A model generated the notes under the pieces. The model was given only the letters and a program-made list of their open reading frames with translations, had not been told where the DNA came from and searched no databases. DNA of 64,000 nt from Pirellulales bacterium (GTDB lineage: Bacteria; Planctomycetota; Planctomycetia; Pirellulales; JANQPP01), in NCBI GenBank assembly GCA_028289405.1, contig JANQPP010000036.1:28297-92296 (forward strand), written 5' to 3'. This document shows positions 1-9,380 of this stretch, one piece after another. Position numbers and translations under genes: made by a program. The number at the start of each line of letters is the position of its first letter. Positions within the stretch are counted from its first letter, which is position 1.

Positions 1-1999
1 GGCCTTGGACCCAGCCCGAACGGGGGCCTTGCATGGCATTTTGCATGGCCAGGGTGTCGCCGCGGATGATCAGCGGGGGTTGTGAGGGATCCGCCGACAT
101 GGTTTGTTCTAGACTCGCCTTGCGTTCAATGGAAATATCGACGTCTTGAAAACGGCCTCCGGCGACTTCCACGTGCAGCCGAGCCAGCTCCCCCGAGACC
201 ATGTATCGGTCGCGTGGCGGGTTGCCGTTCGGGGAGCCCACGGCCGGCGGGCCGGAAGGTGGCGCGTTGCCAAAGTTCGTCTGTCCCGGCTTGGCTCCGG
301 TTGCAGCCGTCTTGGGAGCGGCATTGGTGGCGGGCGGCAGATGTTGAAACCACGCCTCCAACTGTTTGACGCGAGCATCGAATTCCGGCGAACGGATTTT
401 CACGAGAGAAGCTGGCATGCGAGGCGAGTTCGGCTGCCGCGTATGCAAAGCTTGCAAAGAACCCTCCACGCCGCTGTCGGTCTGCTTGACTACTTTGGCC
501 CGCGCCAACAGATGATCCGGAAGCAAGCGGGAACGCTCGCCGGGGTTTTGAGCAGGCAATTCTTTCATCCACATCCACAGCTCTTCCGCGGTGATCGTGG
601 TTTCGTCTTGGTGGGTCAGCCCCATGCCTCCCAGCAGCGACAGCAATTGCCACTGGCCATCCCGTTGCACGCGTAGTTGCCTCTGCCAAGTGACTTCGAG
701 GGGTTCTTGGGAATCATTCCCTACCTGGGTTTGCAGCAGACCGGGCCCCTCGGCTAGCAGTGGACCGAGTGTCCCGTCATCGGTAAGGCGATATTGGATC
801 CGTGGCGCGCGAACCAGACTTTCCCGCTGCCGGATTTCCAAATACGGGGAAGCCGAAAGGCGAATTTCCTTCGTGGCCAGGTCGTAATAAAGCTGTTGGC
901 AGCGCGTATGCACGCTGTTCCGTGGAGCACGGAACAGCACGGGATCTCCAATGGCCTCGATACTCCGAGCTAGAAGCTTCGTTCCACCGGGAAACAACGT
1001 CGAGTCGCTAGCTCGATCCGCCGTGGGAGATGCTTCCGGCTCAAATTCGATTTTCAACAGCTCACATTGCAAATGGTCCGGGTTGCCATTCGGGTGGTCT
1101 TGGAATATGTCGACCTGCTCTTCGAATGTGGCCAGTTCCTGTTCAAAATCGACGCGTAAAGGGCCACGCGATTTGATCCGCAAAGTAGATTTTTTTCTTC
1201 CGGGCGTTTGTTCCGTGGGAAGCGGCGACTCGTTCTCCATTTCCAAATGCAATGAGACCTGTCGAGATAATTCGAGCGAGTGTATTTTGCCGGCCATGCC
1301 CGAGAGCGTCGCACGGCCTTCAGCCGGATTGGTGGGAGGCTGCAACTTGACGCGCAGTTCTTTCCCCGTGCCCCGATGAGTTCCCCAGCGGAAGCGCACA
1401 TCGTGCGGCGTCCACAGTTCATCGTTCCGCATGACGATGTCTCGGGTGTTGATTTCCAAGTCCACGGCGTCTTGTCCCCGCCGGGTGTTTCCGCGAACCG
1501 AGATCGGCCCCAGCAGCTTCGCGGCCACAATGCGTCGCATGCGGGGTTGCCGCAGACTAAAGGGGGTGTCGAACGTCATGATGGCGCCTTGCGGCGCGCG
1601 GAGGACGATGGCCCGCTCCGAATCCCCGGACTGGTTCGAGGACGCATTGCCGTCCATGAATAGCACGACGGAACAGGGCACCAACTTCACACTGCCGTCG
1701 GGAAGGGTTTGATAATCTTGCAGCAGCAAGATGGCCTGTTCGCTCTCCAGGATTTTGGGGCTTTCCAGTTCCCAATCTCGCGGAGCGAACCATTTGTGCA
1801 AGCGGTGATTCCGAGGGTGGCCCATCAGTTCTGGGCCGAGATTCAGAGCCGGGGAGGGAGCGGAGGAGGCCTCAAGTTCGATCTGCGGTTCGATCCAAGG
1901 AACCACTGCGGTTCGATAAAGCAGATAGCAGACCACGACGGCGAGACCGCTGGCCGTGGTACGCAGTAAATTCGGAAATCGCGAAAAATGGCGAAACAT
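1..1999 (-). CDS. Large membrane-anchored protein in the lptC/lptA position downstream of kdsC (first 666 codons; 3' end lies beyond the window start)
   Basis: Absent from the ORF track because it has no in-window stop. My manual reverse-strand translation from ATG 1999..1997 stays open to nt 1. GGAG lies upstream, and there is no ATG/GTG/TTG between this ATG and the in-frame TGA at 2080..2078. The product begins MFRHFSRFPNLLRTTASGLAVVVCYLLYRTAVVPWIEPQ..., i.e. one N-terminal TM helix followed by a long soluble region. All other frames here hold only short ORFs. The functional idea rests only on synteny with the proteobacterial kdsD-kdsC-lptC-lptA order. Confidence 0.55.
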   Translation of the reverse strand, partial: MFRHFSRFPNLLRTTASGLAVVVCYLLYRTAVVPWIEPQIELEASSAPSPALNLGPELMGHPRNHRLHKWFAPRDWELESPKILESEQAILLLQDYQTLPDGSVKLVPCSVVLFMDGNASSNQSGDSERAIVLRAPQGAIMTFDTPFSLRQPRMRRIVAAKLLGPISVRGNTRRGQDAVDLEINTRDIVMRNDELWTPHDVRFRWGTHRGTGKELRVKLQPPTNPAEGRATLSGMAGKIHSLELSRQVSLHLEMENESPLPTEQTPGRKKSTLRIKSRGPLRVDFEQELATFEEQVDIFQDHPNGNPDHLQCELLKIEFEPEASPTADRASDSTLFPGGTKLLARSIEAIGDPVLFRAPRNSVHTRCQQLYYDLATKEIRLSASPYLEIRQRESLVRAPRIQYRLTDDGTLGPLLAEGPGLLQTQVGNDSQEPLEVTWQRQLRVQRDGQWQLLSLLGGMGLTHQDETTITAEELWMWMKELPAQNPGERSRLLPDHLLARAKVVKQTDSGVEGSLQALHTRQPNSPRMPASLVKIRSPEFDARVKQLEAWFQHLPPATNAAPKTAATGAKPGQTNFGNAPPSGPPAVGSPNGNPPRDRYMVSGELARLHVEVAGGRFQDVDISIERKASLEQTMSADPSQPPLIIRGDTLAMQNAMQGPRSGWVQG

Positions 2000-2086
2000 G
2001 GATCTCCACGGGCACCGATCATGGGCCCTGCCGCGCGGGTCTCCGGCAACGACAAGGCATTGAGCCCAAACAACGGCTCACGCCGG

Positions 2087-2608
2087 TTAAACTCCGAAAC
2101 GGCGAATCATATCTTCCCAACGGTCTTGTGCCTTGAGGATTTCCTCCACGATTTCGCGCACGGCGCCCGAACCACCGGAGGATTGGGGCACGTGATTGGC
2201 ATACTCCAGCAATTCCTGACGCGCGTTGGAGACGGCGATTCCCAGTCCCACCCAGCGGAGCACTGGCAAATCGGGGAGATCGTCGCCCAAGTAAGCCACG
2301 TTCTCCGCGAAGAGCCCACATTCTTTCGTGATCGCCTGCACGACGGGAAGTTTCTCGGCCACACCTTGCCGTACCAAATCAATCTTTAGCTCCTTGGCTC
2401 TTTGGGATACCGCGATCGACTTTCGGCTCGTGACGATGCCAAAGTTGTGGCCTGCTTCCATCCACAAACGGATGCCGAGTCCGTCGTGAATGTGGAATTG
2501 TTTGGTTTCGATTCGCTGGTCGTTGAAGTAGATGCCGCCATCGGTCATCACGCCATCCACGTCGGACAGCAAGAGCCTGATGGGTCGGCAACGCTCCGCC
2601 AAATTCAT
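2087..2608 (-). CDS. kdsC: 3-deoxy-D-manno-octulosonate 8-phosphate phosphatase (HAD superfamily)
   Basis: 173-aa ORF with HAD motif I (LLLSDVDGVMTDG) and a GDDLPDLP motif. Size and pattern are typical of KdsC. ATGA start/stop overlap with kdsD at 2605-2608. Confidence 0.85.
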   Translation of the reverse strand: MNLAERCRPIRLLLSDVDGVMTDGGIYFNDQRIETKQFHIHDGLGIRLWMEAGHNFGIVTSRKSIAVSQRAKELKIDLVRQGVAEKLPVVQAITKECGLFAENVAYLGDDLPDLPVLRWVGLGIAVSNARQELLEYANHVPQSSGGSGAVREIVEEILKAQDRWEDMIRRFGV

Positions 2609-3711
2609 GTACGTGCTCTCCCCGTGCGATGGTTCGGAAGCGGAAGCGTGACGGCCTGGTTTTCGGTGGAAACTTCGTGGCGAGTGTCGGTCGTGTCGGC
2701 GAATTCCCGAGGAAAGATTTCGATGAGATCGGTCACATCGATCAGGCCGAGTGGACGGTGCTCACCGTCGACCACGGGCAATTCGCTCAGTTTCGCTTCG
2801 ACCATGATTTGCACGGCGTCCGACAGCCGCGTGCCCGCTGTCACGAACCGAGGATTTCCCGTCATGACATCATGAATCGGTTGGTCCAGAGCTTCATCCC
2901 GCCGGCTTTCCAAAATTCTGGAAAGGTCGCTGTCGGTGAAGATGCCGGACAGTTTTCCGCTACCATCCACCAGCAGCAAGGCTCCGGACCGCCGTCCGGG
3001 CATTCGCTGGGTGACGAGCGCTTCCCGGATTGTGAGGTTGTCCGAGGCAAGGCGGCAGCTTTCCACGGGCCGCATCTGATCCTCTACCCGTTTCAAACGC
3101 ACCCCGAGGCTGCCGCCGGGATGGTATCGGGCGAAATCCTCCGCCTGAAATCCACGGGCGTGGCTTGTTACGAGCGCAAGCGCATCTCCCAAGGCCAACA
3201 TAGCCGTCGTGCTGGTGCTCGGCGCCAAACCCAAATAGCAGGCTTCTTCCAGATTCCCCAACTGTAAGGTGTAGTTTGCGGACTTGCCGAGCGTACTGGA
3301 GTTCCGAGCAGTGATCGCCGCGATGGGGACCTGCATGGACTTGAGTACCGGCAGCACCCGCACAATTTCTTCCGTTTCACCGCTGAAGGACAGAATCAGT
3401 GCCACGTCTTCGCGGTGAATCCGTCCCAAATCACCGTGAATGGCTTCGGCCGGATGGACGTAGTGGCTGCGAGTGCCGGTGGAGGCCAGCGTGGCGGCGA
3501 TTTTTTGGCCGACCAACCCGGCCTTACCCATGCCCATGACGATGACACTCCCGTCGCAGCGCAAGATGGCTTGCACAAGATCCGCGAAGGCTCCGTCTAT
3601 CCGGTCAGCCAAGCTTGCGATGGCCGAGCTTTCCAAGCGAAGAATGCGCTGGGCGGCGCCGATATGATCTGCCGGAAAAACAGAGGGCGAGATGACAGCG
3701 GCGTTCGACAT
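2605..3711 (-). CDS. kdsD: Arabinose-5-phosphate isomerase (SIS domain + CBS pair)
   Basis: SIS motifs VMGMGKAG and SFSGETEE, with C-terminal tandem CBS-like repeats. The track ORF runs to 3849, but ATG 3711 (MSNAAVIS...) has AGGAAG 6 nt upstream and gives the usual length. Confidence 0.85.
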   Translation of the reverse strand: MSNAAVISPSVFPADHIGAAQRILRLESSAIASLADRIDGAFADLVQAILRCDGSVIVMGMGKAGLVGQKIAATLASTGTRSHYVHPAEAIHGDLGRIHREDVALILSFSGETEEIVRVLPVLKSMQVPIAAITARNSSTLGKSANYTLQLGNLEEACYLGLAPSTSTTAMLALGDALALVTSHARGFQAEDFARYHPGGSLGVRLKRVEDQMRPVESCRLASDNLTIREALVTQRMPGRRSGALLLVDGSGKLSGIFTDSDLSRILESRRDEALDQPIHDVMTGNPRFVTAGTRLSDAVQIMVEAKLSELPVVDGEHRPLGLIDVTDLIEIFPREFADTTDTRHEVSTENQAVTLPLPNHRTGRART

Positions 3712-4213
3712 CGAGTCTTCCTGACAAATTGAACTATCGAATTTGGCGGATGAATACCCAGCGGATGTGCGCACGATCCGTGTGCCGCAAGGTGATATAC
3801 CATCGTCGGTCGACAGTCGGGCGAGGGATTCTATCGATTCCCTCTGCACAGAGCAACGCGAAGCGTTTCACAAAAACATGCACGTTTGATGCCAGTGATA
3901 AGCAAAAAAACGACGGTTTGGAGAAGCGGATTGGCACGAGACATGCTCCGGAGCGGTACGAGTCGAGGAACGAAGGGGAGGGCCACACGAGGCGCCTCAG
4001 CCCTCAATTCGCGAAAAATGCGGCAAAACCGCTTCGAGAGTGGTGCGGGAAATCAAATTCGGCGACAGTTCGCGGCTGACTATTTTCCCGAACCTTGAAA
4101 ACTTTACAAAACTTGCCGATCCGCGCGATCGCAGGAAGCGGTCAAGAATCGGCGATCCATGTGGTGCGGTCTTCGTGATCGAGCCATTTCGCAAGCCCGT
4201 GATCCAGGGAGGG

Positions 4214-5749
4214 ATGGGGATGTTGAATTTGCCCGTTATCTTGACTCTTTGTTCCGTGGCGAGCACGCCGCAAACCGTGCTGCTCGATTTCTACTCGGAC
4301 ACGTGTGGACCTTGCCGTGCCATGGAGCCGGTGGTCGCGAAGTTGATCGCGGATGGTTATCCGGTGCGTAAGGTGAACGTGTCCCGCAAGGCGGAACTTG
4401 CGCAGCGGTATCGCGTTACGGCGGTTCCCTGTTTCGTGGCCCTCGTGAACGGCCAAGAAATAGGCCGTCTGACCGGCGCCACGAGCCCCGATCAATTGGC
4501 CGGCATGTTGCAAAGGGCTGGCATCGCGCCATCGACGAATCGTACGGCGATCCGACGGACACAAGCGCTCGCGAACGAAAGCGCGCTCGTGGCTTTGCCC
4601 TCCGCGCGGCGAAATGCCCGGGCGTTACGGGAGACTCGGGCAACTTCCGAGGATCTGCGGCGCGGAAATCCGGGCATCGTGGGACGGGCCACGGCCAATG
4701 CGGCTATTCAGTCCGCCCAACAGACGAGCTTTGCATCATCCGGCGCATCGTTTGCCCGCTTGGTGGCCAGCACGGTCCGCCTTCGCGTCGAGGATCCCCA
4801 GGGACACTCTTTCGGTACGGGCACGATTATCGACGCGCGTGACGGTCAAGCGTTGGTGTTGACCTGCGGACATATATTCCGTGACTCGCAAGGGCAGGGA
4901 TCGATTTCGGTCGACCTGTTCGCGAGTGGTGGTCCGACTCCCTCTCAAACGGTGGCTGGCCAACTTCTACGATACGATTTGGAACGTGACGTGGCCCTGG
5001 TCATCGTTCGTACGGACGGGGCGTTGCCAGCGGCAAGACTGGTTTCGGTGGACCACCAACCGAGACCACGGGAACGTGTCGTGGTGGTCGGTTGCGACTT
5101 GGGTGAACCTCCCCGTGCCCAGCAGACCACGGTCTCCGCCGTGAACAAATATCTCGGCCCCGATAACATCGTCGTGGCGGGAGAACCTAAAGAGGGCCGC
5201 AGTGGCGGCGGTCTGTTTACGCTGGACGGCCGGTTGCTTGGCGTCTGTAATGCTGCGGATCCGCTCGAAAACGAGGGGATTTATGCCGGAATCCGCAATG
5301 CCTGGGAAGTGCTTGAGGAGGCCCAAGTGGCCCATTTGTTACGCGCTAGCCAGCCAGAGAGTTCGCTGCCGATCACGAACGCGGAAGCCCACGAAGCCTC
5401 GCCCATTGCCGCGCACGTGCCTCAAGGCAACCTCTCCGAGCCGCCACTCACTCCGACGACTCACATCGAACCGCGATTAGACGAATCGAGTTCTCCGTCA
5501 TCTTCTCACGGCGGCGTGGAGATTGTTTGCGTGACCCGCCCCTTGGACGGTACGTCTCGGAAAAGCGATGTCGTGGTCTTGGATCGTCCCTCGCAAGAAT
5601 TCCTGCGGCTTTTGGAATTGGAAACCGATCGCCAAAACGCGCGTCGATTGACCTCCTTGGAAGTGCGGAGCCATGCGCCGGCTAAGGCTCGGGGAATAGC
5701 GGGTATTCCTCGTTCAGCTCAGGGTTGGCGGACGCAGCGGCGTCGTTAG
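4214..5749 (+). CDS. Thioredoxin-domain / trypsin-like serine peptidase fusion protein
   Basis: N-terminal thioredoxin fold with CGPC (DFYSDTCGPCRAMEP...VTAVPCFV). Central chymotrypsin-like domain with candidate triad residues TCGHIF (His), DVALVIV (Asp) and GRSGGGLF (Ser). Start moved from 4040 to ATG 4214, which is preceded by GGGAGGG. Confidence 0.75.
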   Translation: MGMLNLPVILTLCSVASTPQTVLLDFYSDTCGPCRAMEPVVAKLIADGYPVRKVNVSRKAELAQRYRVTAVPCFVALVNGQEIGRLTGATSPDQLAGMLQRAGIAPSTNRTAIRRTQALANESALVALPSARRNARALRETRATSEDLRRGNPGIVGRATANAAIQSAQQTSFASSGASFARLVASTVRLRVEDPQGHSFGTGTIIDARDGQALVLTCGHIFRDSQGQGSISVDLFASGGPTPSQTVAGQLLRYDLERDVALVIVRTDGALPAARLVSVDHQPRPRERVVVVGCDLGEPPRAQQTTVSAVNKYLGPDNIVVAGEPKEGRSGGGLFTLDGRLLGVCNAADPLENEGIYAGIRNAWEVLEEAQVAHLLRASQPESSLPITNAEAHEASPIAAHVPQGNLSEPPLTPTTHIEPRLDESSSPSSSHGGVEIVCVTRPLDGTSRKSDVVVLDRPSQEFLRLLELETDRQNARRLTSLEVRSHAPAKARGIAGIPRSAQGWRTQRRR

Positions 5750-6122
5750 TTGTTGTCAGACTGGCGGGATGGTCCGCTTCCATGCGTAGCCATTTTTCCA
5801 ACATGCTGAGTACGTACTCGACTTCGGTGGGTTCTAGGGGACGCCCTTTGGGGAGGCGATGCCACTTCTCCAGGCAACTCCGGCAGCAAGTTCCCGTGGC
5901 GTGCTGGGCCACGAAGACAGGATGCCCTCGCCACGGCGTTTGGCGGCCGTCTTTTCGCGGTGTTGCCGGCGCGAGGCGAGACTGGATGAAGGTTTTCGCG
6001 TGCTCCAGAACTTTTGCCAGCCCCTGCCGATGCAGATAGAGGCGCTCATCTTCGTCCAAATGGAACCGTTGTCGGAAGCGTGAGCGACGCAGGGCTGAGA
6101 AGACTTGGTCCAGATTCCGCAT
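5682..6122 (-). CDS. DUF4186 domain protein
   Basis: 146 aa. Pattern RFRQRF.L...ER.YL...GL..., GRQTPWRGHPVFVAQHATGTCCRSCLEKWH matches my recollection of DUF4186. The 3' tail overlaps the convergent 4214..5749 gene by 68 nt. Confidence 0.7.
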   Translation of the reverse strand: MRNLDQVFSALRRSRFRQRFHLDEDERLYLHRQGLAKVLEHAKTFIQSRLAPATPRKDGRQTPWRGHPVFVAQHATGTCCRSCLEKWHRLPKGRPLEPTEVEYVLSMLEKWLRMEADHPASLTTTNDAAASANPELNEEYPLFPEP

Positions 6123-6152
6123 GCCGGTGGCGTGTCCGACAGGAAGCGAGAG

Positions 6153-6791
6153 CTACTTGAGGAATACGCGGATGTTTCCTTCGCGCGTCCCTTCGGCGGC
6201 GGGTCCCATTTCCTGCCCAAGTTGGCTTTCCGTATTGAATTTTTCTGCCAGGACTTGTTTCCCGTTCACATCCTTGGTAACCCGGACATAATAGAATCCG
6301 GCATACCTTCCGTGAATTCCTTGTTCAGCCAAATCCGCCGGCAATTGGTCGTCCGGAAGGGTGGGGACGACGGAGCCCATCTCGTTGGTCTCGCCTTGGG
6401 CGGAAGGCCATTCCTCGCCCATGATGGGATCCGGGTCGAGTTCGACCACGGCTCCTGGCAGCGGCTGTCCCCGGAACCGGACTTCGAAGGGTATCGTATA
6501 GATAGCGGTTCGTTTCTTCTTCCAAAACTCGACGCGGGCAATGATCTCATCCTGCGACATTTTACCGTCGCCATCGGTGTCGATTTGGTTGATGGCGCTC
6601 TTCAGCGGCGGAGAGGCGTCCAATTCCTCACTCGAGAGAAACCCGTCGCCATCCTTGTCGTACATCTCCATGGCGCGGGAAGCGATGCCATCCGAATCGA
6701 CGCTCGGCATGGGAACACGGGAGGGACCGCCTTGACATCCAGCGGAGACCAACATTCCACTTACGGCCAATGCGGCCAGAGCACATCGCAT
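6153..6791 (-). CDS. Lipoprotein with two EF-hand calcium-binding loops
   Basis: Signal peptide plus lipobox (LVSAGC). EF-hand loops DKDGDGFLSSEE and DTDGDGKMSQDE. C-terminal beta-rich region. Confidence 0.7.
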   Translation of the reverse strand: MRCALAALAVSGMLVSAGCQGGPSRVPMPSVDSDGIASRAMEMYDKDGDGFLSSEELDASPPLKSAINQIDTDGDGKMSQDEIIARVEFWKKKRTAIYTIPFEVRFRGQPLPGAVVELDPDPIMGEEWPSAQGETNEMGSVVPTLPDDQLPADLAEQGIHGRYAGFYYVRVTKDVNGKQVLAEKFNTESQLGQEMGPAAEGTREGNIRVFLK

Positions 6792-7016
6792 TTTCGTGAA
6801 TCCTCTTGCGGTTTACATAAGGCTTCGGTCCGAAACGCCTCCTTAAGTGTTGGAGCAAATTAACACAGCCCTCAAGAACGGTCAAATTGAGGAATTGCAT
6901 CGCCCAATCGGCAGTAGCCGGAGTGGCCGCGAATGACTTTCGGAGTGTCGAGTACTGGACGCTATATTTGCAAAACCGATTAAGAACGGCCCCAGTGAAT
7001 CACGCTCCACGCGGAA

Positions 7017-7820
7017 TTGGCAAAGATTATGAATTGGCTCCAAACCGTGATTCTCGGCATGGTGCAAGGCATCACTGAATTCCTGCCCATCAGTTCCTCC
7101 GGCCATCTGGTCGTCACGGAAGCGCTGTTTGACCAGGCGGGCCAGCCTTTGGCGGATCTGCTGGAGGTCGAAATCGCCCTTCACGCCGGCACGTTAGTCA
7201 CGATTTTGATCTACTTTCGACGGCAAATCGTGCGGCTGCTGGGGCAAGACCGACGTGCCGTGGGCTTGCTTATCGTCGGCACGATGCCCGCCGTGGTATT
7301 TGGCCTCACGGCGAAGGAGTTTGCCGAAGCGTGGCTGGAAAGTGCCTGGCTGGCCGGAGGCATGCTGCCGATGACGGGGGGCATGCTCTTGTGGTCCGCG
7401 CGCCACGAAGACACGACAGGGAAGTACAATGAGTTGAGCTATGCTGCGGCCTTGGTCGTCGGTTGTTTCCAAGCGTTCGCCATTCTGCCCGGTATTTCCC
7501 GCAGCGGATCCACGATCGTGGGGGGCTTGGCGATGGGCCTCTCTCGTCGGGACGCGGCGACGTTCTCCTTCTTGTTGGCCATCCCGGCCATTGGCGGCGC
7601 GTGCTTGCTGGAAGTCCTGGACATCTTGCAGGAAGGAGCCAGTTCCACGCCCATGCCCATGTTGGTCGCCGGGGCCGTGACGGCCTGCCTGACCGGGTTC
7701 GTCGCCTTGTACTGGCTCTTGAGTTGGCTACTCAATGGACGGCTTCACCATTTCGCCTATTGGTGTTTCGGGCTTGGGGCGTGCGTTCTGATATGGCAAG
7801 CTGTCAGGTTGGTTTCGTAG
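7017..7820 (+). CDS. uppP: Undecaprenyl-diphosphate phosphatase
   Basis: N-terminal signature GMVQGITEFLPISSSGHL and PGISRSGSTI. Multi-TM, 267 aa. Start could be ATG 7029. Confidence 0.9.
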   Translation: MAKIMNWLQTVILGMVQGITEFLPISSSGHLVVTEALFDQAGQPLADLLEVEIALHAGTLVTILIYFRRQIVRLLGQDRRAVGLLIVGTMPAVVFGLTAKEFAEAWLESAWLAGGMLPMTGGMLLWSARHEDTTGKYNELSYAAALVVGCFQAFAILPGISRSGSTIVGGLAMGLSRRDAATFSFLLAIPAIGGACLLEVLDILQEGASSTPMPMLVAGAVTACLTGFVALYWLLSWLLNGRLHHFAYWCFGLGACVLIWQAVRLVS

Positions 7821-8032
7821 TTGCCAGCCACCGCGATGCCGCAGCGATCTTGCCGCCGCAAACTCCACCACTTTTGCATAGAAATTGTGTTTTAGGCCGG
7901 CGCGACACGCGAGGTGGGGATGCGGGTCCTCGCCAAGCCGGACTCGCGCGGTACAATCGGTCGCAATTTGCCGAGCGGTGGGACCACCGCTCCGCATGCC
8001 CGCCTCCTTGTTTGATCACGAAAGCAAGAGCC

Positions 8033-9325
8033 ATGGAAACATCCGGCGTCACTCGGCCTGCCTCCGAACGGATTGTCTCGCTTGACGCTCTACGCGGCTT
8101 CGACATGTTCTGGATCATCGGAGCCGATGCGTTAGTCAACGCGCTCCATCAGCTCAAGAGCTTGTCCGACGTGCCGGCCATCCAATTCGCGGCGCGGCAC
8201 TTGGAACACGTGGAATGGGAAGGCATGGTCTTTTACGACCTGATCTTTCCGTTGTTCGTGTTCATGAGTGGTGTCTCCATTCCACTCGCCTTGGGGAAGC
8301 GTTTGCAGCGCGGAGATTCCCTGGCCAAAGTCCACGGGCATGTATTTCGCCGGGCCCTCGTGCTCTATCTGTTGGGCGTTTTTTATTACGGCGGACTGGC
8401 GAATTACGCGGAAGATATCCGTTGGGTAGGCGTGCTGCAGCGGATTGCCTTGTGTTATCTCGGTGCCAGTTTGATCTATCTCCACTTTCGAGCGTGGGGG
8501 CAGGCCGTTTGGACGGTATTGCTGCTGGCCGGATATTGGGCCGCCATGCGTTTCGTCCCGTTTCCCGCTTATGAAAGTGAGGAAACCCTCACGGGTGTAT
8601 TGACGCCGATCAATAATCTGGCCGCACACGTCGACCGCGTGGCGCTGCCGGGCCGTGCCTGGTTCACCGAGTTGGGCGGCTGGGATCCGGAGGGGATTCT
8701 GAGCACGTTTCCAGCGATCACCTCTTGCGTGCTCGGCGTCTTGGCCGGGCAATTACTCCTACGGGAAAGCATGACGCCCGCGAAGAAAGTGGCCGTCTAC
8801 CTGTTTGCCGGGATTCTGCTTGTCGTGTCCGGATACGCTTGGGCCGGAGAATTCAACGAGATGGCAATGCCCGCGACAGAGGCGAACTCAACCGAGGAAA
8901 CAGCTCCAGAGGGGGGTACAGCGGCGGAAGGCCAAGCGGAAGCGGGAAACGCCGAGGCGGAAGGTGTCGCGGCCCAGCCTCCCAAATGGCAGTTCCCCAT
9001 CATCAAAAACATCTGGACCTCGTCGTATGTGCTCGTGGCCGGCGGCTACAGCCTGGTTTTGTTGGGACTGTTTTACCTGGTCGTCGACATTTGGAAATTT
9101 CGGGCGTGGGCCTTGCCGTTCATCGTCATCGGCGTGAACCCTATTTTTATCTACATGTGTGATCAGCTCGTCCGCTGGGATACCATGGCCGAACGCCTCG
9201 CCGGCGGGCACATCGCCGACGCGCTGGGGGAGTACACCGGCATCGTGCAACTCGTGATCCGCCTCGGTCTAGAGATCGCCGTCTTGTGGTGGATGTACCG
9301 CAAGCGAATCTTTATTCGCGTGTGA
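8033..9325 (+). CDS. Multi-pass membrane acyltransferase-like protein (DUF5009 / heparan-alpha-glucosaminide N-acetyltransferase-like)
   Basis: RIVSLDALRGFDMFWIIG N-terminal motif and about 10 predicted TM segments. The track ORF (7463..) has an Arg/Gly-rich non-coding-looking extension. ATG 8033 (METSGV...) is in the same frame. Confidence 0.65.
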   Translation: METSGVTRPASERIVSLDALRGFDMFWIIGADALVNALHQLKSLSDVPAIQFAARHLEHVEWEGMVFYDLIFPLFVFMSGVSIPLALGKRLQRGDSLAKVHGHVFRRALVLYLLGVFYYGGLANYAEDIRWVGVLQRIALCYLGASLIYLHFRAWGQAVWTVLLLAGYWAAMRFVPFPAYESEETLTGVLTPINNLAAHVDRVALPGRAWFTELGGWDPEGILSTFPAITSCVLGVLAGQLLLRESMTPAKKVAVYLFAGILLVVSGYAWAGEFNEMAMPATEANSTEETAPEGGTAAEGQAEAGNAEAEGVAAQPPKWQFPIIKNIWTSSYVLVAGGYSLVLLGLFYLVVDIWKFRAWALPFIVIGVNPIFIYMCDQLVRWDTMAERLAGGHIADALGEYTGIVQLVIRLGLEIAVLWWMYRKRIFIRV

Positions 9326-9380
9326 AGTTGTGATGGCCGTCTCACTCATTCACTACCTGGCTCTTTGAGGCACGTCTTGC

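Noticed and set aside
7463-8032. 190-codon N-terminal extension of the 620-aa track ORF
   Set aside because: The extension overlaps the uppP 3' end in another frame and is Arg/Gly/His-rich. The recognisable acyltransferase-like sequence begins at ATG 8033. Similar longest-start extensions were trimmed for kdsD, cysK, the symporter, the zinc-ribbon gene, GT2-1 and GT2-2, the methyltransferase at 24439, gtrB-like, PGK-like, HPt, GlpT-like, the dehydrogenase, the lactonase, the aminotransferase, flgF, flgA, flgI, flgJ, flgN and fliW.
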